NCBI GenBank assembly: GCA_041649135.1
Contig: JBAZNQ010000001.1
Coordinates: 361,983 to 425,982, forward strand
Source: Patescibacteria group bacterium
Lineage (GTDB): Bacteria; Patescibacteriota; Kazan-3B-28
Direction of reading: 5' to 3'
DNA: 64,000 nt
Shown: positions 18,975 through 28,378 of the stretch, piece by piece
How the letters are laid out: each line of letters opens with the position of its first letter
How positions within the stretch are numbered: position 1 is the stretch's first letter
Position numbers and translations under genes: made by a program
Notes under the pieces: generated by a model
Told to the model about the DNA's origin: nothing
The model's database searches: none
Seen by the model: the letters and a program-made list of their open reading frames with translations, nothing else

Positions 18975-19250
18975 TCTTTTCCCCCTTGAGTAAAGTTTGT
19001 CCTCGCCAAGCAAAATCCTGCCAGTCTAGCGCGAGCCCTGAACCCCGAGCCCCCGATAATATTGGTATCGGGGTGAATCGGCTCGAATATAAGCCAGACG
19101 ACCGAGATTTTGTTATGGCGACAAAACTTTATGAGCGGGGGTGAGTTTTTCTGTCAGTTTTTGCTCATTCAAAAACTGACCGCCCAGCGCACGGGAGCGT
19201 AGACCGCGCATAAAACAAAACAGCCGCCTTACGGCGGCTGCCTAAAAACA
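18975..19250. ncRNA. Repeat family A copy 2
   Basis: See copy 1. Terminator hairpin cagccgccttacggcggctg lies just after the clpP stop. Confidence 0.5.
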
Positions 19251-19261
19251 TAGAGGATTAA

Positions 19262-19858
19262 TTATTTTACCACCAAAGTCCGATGTTCGATCACTTCATC
19301 AATCAATCCATATTCTTTCGCCTCCGGCGCTTCCATAAAGAAATCCCTGTCGGTATCTTTTTCGATTCTGTCAATTTTCTGTCCGCTATGATGTGCCAAT
19401 AATTCATTCAACTTGCTTTTCCACTTCAGAATTTCTTTAGCGTGAATTTCAATATCACTCGCCTGTCCTGATGCTCCACCTAAAACTTGATGAATCATCA
19501 CCCGAGAATTTGGCAAAGCAAATCTCTTTCCTTTTGCACCACCTGCGAGTAATACCGCTCCCATCGAAGCCGCCATCCCCACACAAATTGTACTGATGTC
19601 CGGTTTGATGTGTTGCATCGTGTCATAAATCGCCATTCCGTCAGAAACTGAACCACCGGGGCTATTGATATATAGCGCAATATCTTTCTTCGTGTCTTCG
19701 CTTTCCAAAAACAATAACTGGGCGATTACTGAATTCGCCAGCTCATCATCAATCGGGCCACCGATAAAAATAATCCGATCCTTTAGAAGCCGCGAGTAAA
19801 TATCATACGCTCGCTCGCCTAACGGACTCTTGTCTATCACCATCGGTATCAAACTCAT
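19262..19858 (-). CDS. clpP: ATP-dependent Clp protease proteolytic subunit
   Basis: Ser/His/Asp catalytic context ([14 protein letters not shown]). Confidence 0.9.
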   Translation of the reverse strand: MSLIPMVIDKSPLGERAYDIYSRLLKDRIIFIGGPIDDELANSVIAQLLFLESEDTKKDIALYINSPGGSVSDGMAIYDTMQHIKPDISTICVGMAASMGAVLLAGGAKGKRFALPNSRVMIHQVLGGASGQASDIEIHAKEILKWKSKLNELLAHHSGQKIDRIEKDTDRDFFMEAPEAKEYGLIDEVIEHRTLVVK

Positions 19859-19939
19859 AGCTGTAAAAATTAACTCCTATACCCCACAAGTATAGCAGGT
19901 TAGCGGGTCGGCAGGTAAGCAAGTCAGCTCAACCCCCGC

Positions 19940-20075
19940 CCCCATTTGTCATTCCGGATTTAGTCCGGAATCCATTTTCCCCGTCATCCCGCCATACTCA
20001 AGTGATGGCGGGATCCATTTTCCCCTTGTCATTGCGAGAAGTCCCGAGCCAGTCGAGGGACGACACGGCAATCTA
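19940..20075. repeat. Tandem MITE-like hairpin units (gtcattccgga...tccggaat; gtcatcccgcc...ggcgggat)
   Basis: GTCAT + variable paired stem + CC(ATTTTCCCC) modules. Confidence 0.6.
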
Positions 20076-20268
20076 TCCTTTATCACTCCAAGCGTAACTG
20101 AAGGATCTAGACGACAGTTGCATTTAATAACCACATTCTTGGCCAAATATTGAACGGCCGTTCAATATTCTGTCATATCCCAAATAAAAAAGCCGTCATC
20201 TCGCAGGACAACGGCTAACTTAGCGTGTCATATACGCCCCAATCTCGAGGTCACCATCTGCCAACGAA

Positions 20269-20811
20269 TCACTTCCAGCTGATGGTAAGAGAAGCACCAC
20301 CATGACTCTCTCCCGCACCAGAATGAGTAAAGTCAACCCGAAAACCTTTGCTGCGAAGAAATACGAGCATCATCTCAACCTCTTCTCTCGAATCTTCATT
20401 CACTGGGACACCCCGAAATTGGACATAGTGCTGTCCCCCTGCGGCAGCCCTTTCGATTCCGGGTCTCCAACTGTTCTCAAAGCAATATTCTAATCCCCCA
20501 GATACGCTTGCGATTCGTTCTCGCCTTACACGTTCAGCATCCCTCCCAAGCTCCTCTCTGGTCTTAGTGATGCCTCGTGCATCATCAGCATTGAAACCGG
20601 TCGATGATATCACGCCGCTGCCGGTGCAGTTATCCTCTGGCCAAAACATGCTTCGAAGAATGATAGCGATAACGGCAATAGCAGCAATACCACCAAGTAC
20701 GCCACCAACGACTCGTAATGGTACGGGAACATTATCGTCACCCATTACAGCGCCGGCTACAATCATTAGGGCAATCCCCAACAAGATGACAGCCAACTGG
20801 CGCATAGTCAC
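20269..20811 (-). CDS. Hypothetical membrane-anchored protein
   Basis: N-terminal TM helices. Confidence 0.4.
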   Translation of the reverse strand: MTMRQLAVILLGIALMIVAGAVMGDDNVPVPLRVVGGVLGGIAAIAVIAIILRSMFWPEDNCTGSGVISSTGFNADDARGITKTREELGRDAERVRRERIASVSGGLEYCFENSWRPGIERAAAGGQHYVQFRGVPVNEDSREEVEMMLVFLRSKGFRVDFTHSGAGESHGGASLTISWK

Positions 20812-21224
20812 ACCTCCTTTGGTTTGTTAAGTTACCACTTTCGTTTTACGCCAAAACCCGCTCCCAGTCAATCAAAAACCCCGTCTGGGTAAATCTAGCC
20901 AATTTATCCAATTTATTCCCCGCCCGCCGACGGGCAGGCAATCTAACCAAAGAAATTGTTGAGATTGTCATGGACCCTTCGTAGCTTCAGCGAAGTAGGG
21001 GCGAAGATTGTTTAGATTGTCGCAGACCCTTTGTCTTGTCCACCATAGCTTCTTGACCGTCGTAGCCTTGGCATAGTCAATTGACCAGAATCGTATAATA
21101 AATAACCAGCCCGTCATCCTGAATTTATTTCAGGATCTAGACAAGAACAAAAACATTTCTGTTCCTGTCCCATTGGTTAGATTGGGGAAATTGGTGAGAT
21201 TACTTCGTCGCTAGTTCTGCTAAT

Positions 21225-21437
21225 CTATTGATCGCCTTTTCGTAGCTCTGCCAGTAGCAGAGCGAAGACCACCCCGTAGCCTTGCTCGAAGGGTGGCGTT
21301 CTACCGCGTGGCTATTTCAGCAAGTTTGTCGATGGCTTTTCTCGAACCAAGCATCCGCTTCAACCGTTCTTTCCTCGCAGATTACTCGAAGAGTAATTGG
21401 AGATCCTTCCGAAGCCTTGGCGTAGGAGGACTACCTT
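21225..21437. repeat. Two to three degenerate tandem copies of the tig 3' end (pseudo-fragments)
   Basis: 21318-21378 encodes ...KERLKRMLGSRKAIDKLAEIATR*, compared with the tig C-terminus RERLQRMLGSRKAIDRLVEMVTQ*. A further, more decayed copy lies at ~21240-21300. Confidence 0.7.
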
Positions 21438-22724
21438 TTACTGTGTCACCATCTCAACCAACCTATCAATAGCCTTACGCGAACCGAGCATACGTTGCAG
21501 TCGCTCACGACCATTACTATTTTTCCCATATTCCTTTTCAATATTTTCCCCATCCTGCGGATAGATTTCCTTCAACTTTTTCATTTCCGCTTCCACATCC
21601 TCCTCTGTTGCTTCGATCTTCTCCGCATCGCGAAACGCCTCCAACGCCAATCCGATCCGAACTCTCTGCTCGGCTTGTTCCCGCCATTGGCTCTTCAAAC
21701 CCGCTTCATTGACATTCGCTTTTTTCAAATAGTCCTCAAAACTCATACCGGAATGTTCCGCCTGATGTTTCAAATCATGCACCATACTGTCTAATTCCTG
21801 CTCTATCATTTCCTCCGGCAAATCGATCTTCGCGACCTTCACCAATTCCAATAGCGCATTCTCCCGCACACCCTCTTCCGCTTTCTTAGTCGCTTCCTCT
21901 TCCAAATATTTTTTAATATCCGCCTTCAACACTTCCAGATTTTCCTGCCCCGCATGCTTCTTGGCAAACTCATCATTGATTTCCGGATAATTCACCGCCT
22001 TCACCAAATTCATTTTCACCTTGAACATGGCTTTCTTACCCGCTAAATCTTTATTGTGATAATCGGCTGGGAAAGTTACTTCCACATCTTTCTCTTCGCC
22101 CTTCCCCAGTCCCACTAATCCTTCTTCAAATCCGGGAATAAAAACTTTATCTCCCAAAATCAACGGATGCTTCTTGGAAGCACCGCCTTCAAATGGCTTG
22201 CCGTCTACAAATCCATCAAAATCAATTTCCGCCCAATCACCCATCTGCGCGACCCGTTCCACTTCCTGAAACTCCACCGCTTTCTTTTGCAAACTTTTCA
22301 ACACCCCTTCCACCTGCTCATCCCCTACGCTCTCAACTCTCTTCTCTAGTTTTATCTTCGAATAATCTCCCAACACCACTTCTGGCAATACCGCCACCTC
22401 CGCCGTAAATTCCAGCGGCTCGTTTAAATTCCCTTTTTCCACAGAAATTTTCGGGAATGCGATCGGCCGCAAATTCTCCTGCCGAACGGCAGAAGGATAA
22501 AACTGCTCCACCGCCAGCTCGATCGCTTCGCTAATCACGCGGGCTTCGCCCGCTTTTGCGATCACCACATCCCTCGGCGCCTTCCCCTCCCTAAATCCGT
22601 CTATCTTAATCGTGGTAGAAACTTTTTCTGCCGCCTTATCCAAAACCCCCTGCCACTCCGTCATCTCCAGAGCAATGGCTAATTTAACATGATTCTTCTC
22701 CCCGTTAGATTTAGTGATTTTCAT
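21438..22724 (-). CDS. tig: Trigger factor
   Basis: Trigger-factor domain order and motifs; FKBP-like PPIase region FDGFVDGKPFEGG; classic tig...clpP neighbourhood. Confidence 0.85.
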   Translation of the reverse strand: MKITKSNGEKNHVKLAIALEMTEWQGVLDKAAEKVSTTIKIDGFREGKAPRDVVIAKAGEARVISEAIELAVEQFYPSAVRQENLRPIAFPKISVEKGNLNEPLEFTAEVAVLPEVVLGDYSKIKLEKRVESVGDEQVEGVLKSLQKKAVEFQEVERVAQMGDWAEIDFDGFVDGKPFEGGASKKHPLILGDKVFIPGFEEGLVGLGKGEEKDVEVTFPADYHNKDLAGKKAMFKVKMNLVKAVNYPEINDEFAKKHAGQENLEVLKADIKKYLEEEATKKAEEGVRENALLELVKVAKIDLPEEMIEQELDSMVHDLKHQAEHSGMSFEDYLKKANVNEAGLKSQWREQAEQRVRIGLALEAFRDAEKIEATEEDVEAEMKKLKEIYPQDGENIEKEYGKNSNGRERLQRMLGSRKAIDRLVEMVTQ

Positions 22725-22794
22725 ACCCAGATATATTGAGCTGAAGCCTTTATAAAGTCAATTTTACAGTACCTAGTATGCCATAATAATAGAT

Positions 22795-24126
22795 ATGGAA
22801 CCTAATAGCTTATTTAATCCAGCCACCACCATGCCTGCGCTAGCGGGGAGAGAGATTAACATTGCTCCATTGGGCGCCACCAACATGGCTCGAGAATTCG
22901 ATGGATCATGGGATTTTCGTGGCGCCAAGACCAAATCTTATACGCATGGGCTCCATAGTTACCCCGCTATGTTTATTCCGCAGGTAGCACGACGGCTGGT
23001 TCAATCATACAGTCGACCGGGTGACAAAATTTGCGACATTTTTTGCGGCTCAGGTACTACCCTCGTTGAAAGTATTGTTTTGGGACGCGATGCAATCGGA
23101 ATAGACCTAAACCCGCTCGCCGTTTTTTTAGCAAAAGTAAAAACCACTCCAATTAATCCCTCCCTTCTCACAAAAGCATACTTTCATATCGTCGAAAAGT
23201 ATCATCAGCCCGACATTGTAGGCATTACAATACCAGAATTTCCTAATCTAAATTTCTGGTTTAACGAAACTACCATCGCACAACTGGCCAAGCTCAAATA
23301 TGTCATTCGCAAAACCACATCTGGAGATACAAGAGATTTCTTCATGGCAACTTTCAGTGAGGTAGTTCGTTTAGTATCAAACACCAAGAATGGTGAATTT
23401 AAGCTAGTGCGAATGTCGAGTGAAAAACTACGAGACTGGAATCCAAATGTCCTAAATATGTTCCGCAAGAAAGCCGAGAACAATATTGCGGGTATGTCAG
23501 ATTTTTTTCACGAAGTACCCAGTGATCACCGTGCCACAATCATCATCGGAGACTCTTCTCAAGACAATAAAATACCAAAAAACTCCATAGACTTGATACT
23601 CACCTCTCCGCCATATGGTGATAGCCGGACAACAGTGGCATACGGACAATTCTCAAGATTATCGTCACAGTGGATAGATTTATTCGAAGACCCCTCCGAG
23701 GCATCAAAAGTAGACAATCAACTGCTCGGTGGCAACAAGATTGGTGATTTATCACACAATCTACAATCCGTACACTTAATAGCCGCTTTAGAGACTATCG
23801 CACAACAAGACATCTCTCGAGCCAAAGAAGTATTGAGCTTTTTTATTGGGTTAAACCGATGCGTTGAACAAGCGCACTCCATCTTAAAACCCAACCGCCA
23901 CATGTGTGTTGTAATCGGAAATCGTCTAGTAAAACAAGTCCGCATACCCACAGACATCATTATTGCTGAACTTGGAAACGAAATCGGTTTTACATGCGAG
24001 ACCATTATGGCTCGCAATATCCCCGGAAAAAAGATGCCAATACGGAACTCTCCAACCAATATAGCGGGACAACTGGCAGATACCATGAATCAAGAAAGTA
24101 TCGTCGTTCTTCGTAAACTCAAATAA
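22795..24126 (+). CDS. Type II DNA methyltransferase (N4-cytosine or N6-adenine, SPPY; alpha-like motif order I...IV)
   Basis: Motif I DIFCGSGTT at ~aa 80; motif IV TSPPYGD at ~aa 270. Confidence 0.75.
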   Translation: MEPNSLFNPATTMPALAGREINIAPLGATNMAREFDGSWDFRGAKTKSYTHGLHSYPAMFIPQVARRLVQSYSRPGDKICDIFCGSGTTLVESIVLGRDAIGIDLNPLAVFLAKVKTTPINPSLLTKAYFHIVEKYHQPDIVGITIPEFPNLNFWFNETTIAQLAKLKYVIRKTTSGDTRDFFMATFSEVVRLVSNTKNGEFKLVRMSSEKLRDWNPNVLNMFRKKAENNIAGMSDFFHEVPSDHRATIIIGDSSQDNKIPKNSIDLILTSPPYGDSRTTVAYGQFSRLSSQWIDLFEDPSEASKVDNQLLGGNKIGDLSHNLQSVHLIAALETIAQQDISRAKEVLSFFIGLNRCVEQAHSILKPNRHMCVVIGNRLVKQVRIPTDIIIAELGNEIGFTCETIMARNIPGKKMPIRNSPTNIAGQLADTMNQESIVVLRKLK

Positions 24127-24805
24127 GTTTACGAAATGTGCTAAAAACTTCTTTGAAGTCCTTTAAAGGCAATCTAAACGCTGAGCCATGGTCATGAGGC
24201 CTGCCGTCAGGATACCTCCCCATCCTAATGTCGTATTTCATCTTTGCAATAAATCGGTCAAAGTTACCACCCTTACACAGATATGCCTCTTTGTAGGCAA
24301 ACTGTTCTTTGCCGTTATTGTCTTTCTTGGCTTCTGCCAACACTAAAATAACACCTCGACCTACCTTTTTGATAAAGCTATCTTCCAGTTTTGTCCTATC
24401 ATAAGAAACCACCAGTGACTTATGTTTAAACACAATTAGTTCACTATCTTTCTTGTTATCGACCAACCGATATCCTTGCTTATTGGCAACCCGCGTCACT
24501 GTTTGATGCAACACCTTTTTCCCATCTGTAGGACGAGGATACCCAAACTTATCCAATAATTTAGAATTCAAACCAGTATCCGGCTTACGAGTAAACAAAG
24601 TCACCATCGAACCGGTCTCGCGCCTTTGAGCCTTGAGCTCCATCACGCCAAAATCTGGCAGAGCAATATTGTTTTCCGTTATTCCAAGATAATCCTCAAT
24701 AGTCTTGCCGATCCCCGTATTGTGCAATCGGTTTGACTTTATCCAACCCTTGTTGGAAAGATCTTTTAGTTTTTTCTTTATCTGAACAAAAGTAAACTTT
24801 TTCAT
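24119..24805 (-). CDS. Type II restriction endonuclease, MvaI/BcnI-like (PD-(D/E)XK)
   Basis: ITENNIALPDFGVMELK (D-x-E-x-K) and C-terminal GRPHDHG...RLP match my memory of the BcnI/MvaI family. Convergent with the methylase, overlapping by 8 nt. Confidence 0.6.
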   Translation of the reverse strand: MKKFTFVQIKKKLKDLSNKGWIKSNRLHNTGIGKTIEDYLGITENNIALPDFGVMELKAQRRETGSMVTLFTRKPDTGLNSKLLDKFGYPRPTDGKKVLHQTVTRVANKQGYRLVDNKKDSELIVFKHKSLVVSYDRTKLEDSFIKKVGRGVILVLAEAKKDNNGKEQFAYKEAYLCKGGNFDRFIAKMKYDIRMGRYPDGRPHDHGSAFRLPLKDFKEVFSTFRKLI

Positions 24806-25026
24806 AAATTCTCCATAAAAAAATTAATCGACTTTTTATACATACGCGAAAGTTTGTTGAGTTCGATAATATCCAGCCGTCTCTCTCCCGCCTCCACCTT
24901 CGACACAAACGACTGTGGCTTCCCTAATTTTTGAGCCACCTCTTTTTGCGTTAAACCGGCAGACAATCTTGCCTGCTTTAGTTTCTCCACTAACTTCTGA
25001 TATTCCCCCGAGTAAATTGATTTCAT
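24802..25026 (-). CDS. HTH XRE-family controller (C) protein of the R-M system
   Basis: LTQKEVAQKLGKPQSFVSKVE helix-turn-helix. Its 3' end overlaps the start of the endonuclease gene by 4 nt. Confidence 0.7.
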   Translation of the reverse strand: MKSIYSGEYQKLVEKLKQARLSAGLTQKEVAQKLGKPQSFVSKVEAGERRLDIIELNKLSRMYKKSINFFMENL

Positions 25027-25090
25027 AAATGGGAGCTCAACGCCCCCATGCTATATCCCAAAATCGAATATCCCAAAACAGGATATCTTT

Positions 25091-25834
25091 TTATCCCATA
25101 GTCTCAATATCCTCGTAAACTTTGGTCAATAGATCAGTATAATATGTCACTGCGCTCTTAATAGACGCTAGCTTCAAACGAAGACTAGTTGAAAGATCGC
25201 CTTTCATAAACGTTTTCTGAATATACTCAAAATCTTTTGGACTATAATGCTTGCCATCACCATGCACATAGCTGTTACGTCGCGAATACAACCAATCTGC
25301 ATACCCAATAATACTATTCGGTTGTTCTTTGCTACGCTGAGTCTTGGCAAATATCTTCCCGTCCGCACCCACTCTCGGTTGATTACTCACAGCCTTCCAA
25401 GCCAAACATTTATCTAAAATTTTACACAGTTTCACGGAATGTCTTTGGCGTAGCAGATTGCCACGGGTTAGATCTTTCATTTTATCCACTACTGTCTCGT
25501 AAGAACGGTCCTTCATAAAAATTATTTCGAAGACTTCTTTTTTAGAAATTGGCTCCTCATCCACCAGCCTCAAAATTTCTTCTCTCAAATTGGGATTATT
25601 GATTGACAACCAAAGCAATAACTTGTCCACCAGATAATCAAAACGATCGACCAAATTCACATAAACAAGCTTTTGAAGATGTTTACGGTTCGCTTCAGTC
25701 TTGATTTTGTTCAGCTCAGCAATTGCCGATTGAATATCATTATGGCAAAAATCCAAAAAAACCTCTATGTCATTTAGAGGCTCTATGGTAGCCAAGTTGC
25801 CTACATCAATTTTGTGAAGAGATTTTTCTGACAT
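25091..25834 (-). CDS. HEPN-motif protein (putative RNase toxin / Abi effector)
   Basis: C-terminal RRNSYVHG (R-x4-H HEPN motif). Located in the defence island. Confidence 0.5.
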   Translation of the reverse strand: MSEKSLHKIDVGNLATIEPLNDIEVFLDFCHNDIQSAIAELNKIKTEANRKHLQKLVYVNLVDRFDYLVDKLLLWLSINNPNLREEILRLVDEEPISKKEVFEIIFMKDRSYETVVDKMKDLTRGNLLRQRHSVKLCKILDKCLAWKAVSNQPRVGADGKIFAKTQRSKEQPNSIIGYADWLYSRRNSYVHGDGKHYSPKDFEYIQKTFMKGDLSTSLRLKLASIKSAVTYYTDLLTKVYEDIETMG

Positions 25835-25839
25835 ATCAA

Positions 25840-26034
25840 TCAGGATGAAACGTTTCTCCTAATAAACAGCGAATCAACAAATTTGTCCTTCTCTGAATCC
25901 GACATTGAAGGATCAAGAGACTCCTTTAGAATCCGACGCGCCTCATCAAGAGAGATAAGATCACTTGCCATAAGAGTATTGATAACATTCAGTATCAATT
26001 TGATAGGATCAAATGGTCCTAGTAATACATTCAT
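25840..26034 (-). CDS. 64-aa protein co-transcribed upstream of the HEPN gene (candidate antitoxin or partner)
   Basis: Own TATAAT and RBS aggag; ends 5 nt before the HEPN start. Confidence 0.45.
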   Translation of the reverse strand: MNVLLGPFDPIKLILNVINTLMASDLISLDEARRILKESLDPSMSDSEKDKFVDSLFIRRNVSS

Positions 26035-26229
26035 GGATGCACTCCTAACAGTAAATTATAATCACTTCCCTTTTGCCCAGATTATACCCCCGTCTCAACC
26101 TCCTGTATAATCGGCTCTCTTACCCCCATGTAATACACCAACGCCACCCTCACCCAAAGTGCTATAATGCCTGCGTCCAGATTGTAACTTTCCAGTCAGG
26201 CGCAGGCTAAACCAAAAGGAGTAAGACTT

Positions 26230-26583
26230 ATGTCCACAGGAATGAACGCCTCTGAACCGGTCACCGAAATCTTCGGAAAAACCAACATCGGTGGCTACGC
26301 CATCTGTCCAGCCGCTAATCTGGAAGATGGTCGGCACTTTGAGAAGCTCGCCATCCCCGAATGCGAGTTGGAACGACTAGCCGATAGGCTCCACCTTACT
26401 TCACAGGAGCTCCAAGAACTGCTGACCACCAAGGCTGGCGAGCTCACGCTCAAACAGCTCGTCGCTGTTCTGCATTTCATCCGCACCCTCTGGAGTTCAG
26501 ACGACGGCAAGGTCGTTAACTTCGAGCTCTCCGTCGGTCCTATCGACCCAGAGTTCCTCGGCAACTACGACCCGCCCCAGTAA
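26230..26583 (+). CDS. Hypothetical protein, divergent from the HEPN operon
   Basis: Two TATAAT boxes; RBS aaaggag; terminator at 26600-26640. Confidence 0.5.
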   Translation: MSTGMNASEPVTEIFGKTNIGGYAICPAANLEDGRHFEKLAIPECELERLADRLHLTSQELQELLTTKAGELTLKQLVAVLHFIRTLWSSDDGKVVNFELSVGPIDPEFLGNYDPPQ

Positions 26584-26599
26584 TGCTCCGCATCCAAAA

Positions 26600-26640
26600 A
26601 CGAAACCTCGGTCCGCGCCAACCGAGGTTTTTATTTTTGT
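26600..26640. terminator. Bidirectional terminator (aaacctcggt...accgaggttt + T-run)
   Basis: Inverted repeat flanked by A and T runs. Confidence 0.7.
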
Positions 26641-26657
26641 CCCATCGATCACCCTAC

Positions 26658-27239
26658 CTAAACCAATTCAAAATGAAAATATTCCCCCCTCGAACCCAAT
26701 TTAAATCCATGACTAGCCATTAGGTCAACAAGATATTTTTGCAATTCCCCGCAACGTCTTCCTTCTTCGTCTACGCTCTCATCATAAAAACCCATCAGCA
26801 AAGATTCCGGCCCATCATTTAATTTTCTTAAATAGATTTCTGAATTTGTCTTCTCGTCCCAAATGGCAACATCCACCGCTCTCCCCGTGCTATGCGGTAT
26901 TGTTTTTATATTTAAAAGCCGATCTGTCATTTCTTGACCGTATTTCTCCACTCTTTTTCGATAAACCAAATTATAAATTTCGGACGACCTATAGCCTTCT
27001 TTGATGTATAGCCGCCAACCCCTTTTCTGCAGCTCCTTATCTACCTCTAAAAGTGCTGGAATAATTGCCTCATCAACATAAATCTGGTCATCAATCATCC
27101 CCGCTTCTATGAGTTCCTCCTTGGTCAAATTGTAATCTGCATATCTGTTCCAATAAAAACTGCTCCCCAGCAGCCCATATGCGCGAATCGACACCAAATG
27201 AAGATCTTTCATATCCCCAGTATACCAACCCCCCGCCAC
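26658..27239 (-). CDS. D-Ala-D-Ala dipeptidase / peptidase M15 (VanX-like)
   Basis: SxHxxGxAVD (IPHSTGRAVD) and ExxH (EYFHFE) motifs. Confidence 0.65.
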   Translation of the reverse strand: MAGGWYTGDMKDLHLVSIRAYGLLGSSFYWNRYADYNLTKEELIEAGMIDDQIYVDEAIIPALLEVDKELQKRGWRLYIKEGYRSSEIYNLVYRKRVEKYGQEMTDRLLNIKTIPHSTGRAVDVAIWDEKTNSEIYLRKLNDGPESLLMGFYDESVDEEGRRCGELQKYLVDLMASHGFKLGSRGEYFHFELV

Positions 27240-27613
27240 TCACCTCTTCCCCAACCCAAAACCCCACTCCGAAAGTTAGCCATCTACCGAAGCATTTTCA
27301 ACTAAAAAACGGATTCGCTATTTTTTCTCAACCAAGAGATAGATAGACAGTACGCCGATCGCCGCCGCCAAGCCTATCATCACCCAAGCTAAGTTGGTCT
27401 CTCCGATATAAGCAATCTCATTAACGATAACTCCGACTGCAATAACGAGAGCCAGCCAAATTAAATACTTCATACTTATATTTTATAGATAATTAATATC
27501 CTAGCCAAGTAGAAGCTTCTAAAAAATATCTTCCACTCCAAAATCAGCCCCACCTTTGATTTCCCATACCGAGGGTGTAGAATACTGGTAACTTTCGCTC
27601 AAGGAGGTGATTT

Positions 27614-28216
27614 ATGAGCGGACTGTTCATTGGCATTTCAGTAGACCCAGACCAAGCGGTTGCATGTCTAGACTCCGCTAGACAGATTTGGTCACGCCAT
27701 CCCTATATCCGCTGGTTCTCACCAGAATCATTACACTGCACTTTGGCCGACGTAGAGATTGAAACCAAGCAGTTTCACTGCGTCGCCCGCACAATGATGC
27801 AAGGTGTGATGGAACGAGTTAGTCTGGCATACCAGCAATTCTCAACAACCGTAAACCAATTCGCATGGTTCGGTTCAAAAAAGATACTGGTACTGACTAA
27901 CCCACAGGGCAACACCAACCTCAAATTGGCGCAGCTGTCCCGTACTTTAATTCGACGACTTCGAGGTCAAAGACTTAAAGTCACGCAGGGGCAACCATTC
28001 TGTGCCCACGTCAGTCTGGGCGAGCGGGATATGGCTGAAACCGTTGTGGATATTCACAGCTCCATCTATAACCCGCCCCCCACTCAACAACTTGTTCTTC
28101 GCCTCAACGTGAACAATCTTAGTCTCTACCGAGTCATCGCCCACCGCCAATACGAGATTGTATATACCGTTGAGCTCAAAACGCCCAAACAGGCATGCGA
28201 ACTGGCAATGGGATAG
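27614..28216 (+). CDS. 2H phosphoesterase (LigT/ThpR-like 2'-5' RNA ligase / cyclic phosphodiesterase)
   Basis: Two H-x-T/S-x motifs (LHCTLA and AHVSLG). Confidence 0.65.
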   Translation: MSGLFIGISVDPDQAVACLDSARQIWSRHPYIRWFSPESLHCTLADVEIETKQFHCVARTMMQGVMERVSLAYQQFSTTVNQFAWFGSKKILVLTNPQGNTNLKLAQLSRTLIRRLRGQRLKVTQGQPFCAHVSLGERDMAETVVDIHSSIYNPPPTQQLVLRLNVNNLSLYRVIAHRQYEIVYTVELKTPKQACELAMG

Positions 28217-28227
28217 ATAAGCAAAAG

Positions 28228-28252
28228 CCGAGGCATACGCCTCGGCTTTTAT
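28228..28252. terminator. Hairpin aaagccgaggc...gcctcggcttt
   Basis: Perfect inverted repeat flanked by A and T runs. Confidence 0.65.
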
Positions 28253-28378
28253 ACTTCTCCCTCGTCCCTAGGTGGAGATGGGAGCAGGTCAGCTTGGTTC
28301 TGTCATCCGACAGAACTCGACTTCGTTGACTGACCGTTGAGGGAAGAACACACCTCGTTCTTTCCTCAAGAGCGTTAG

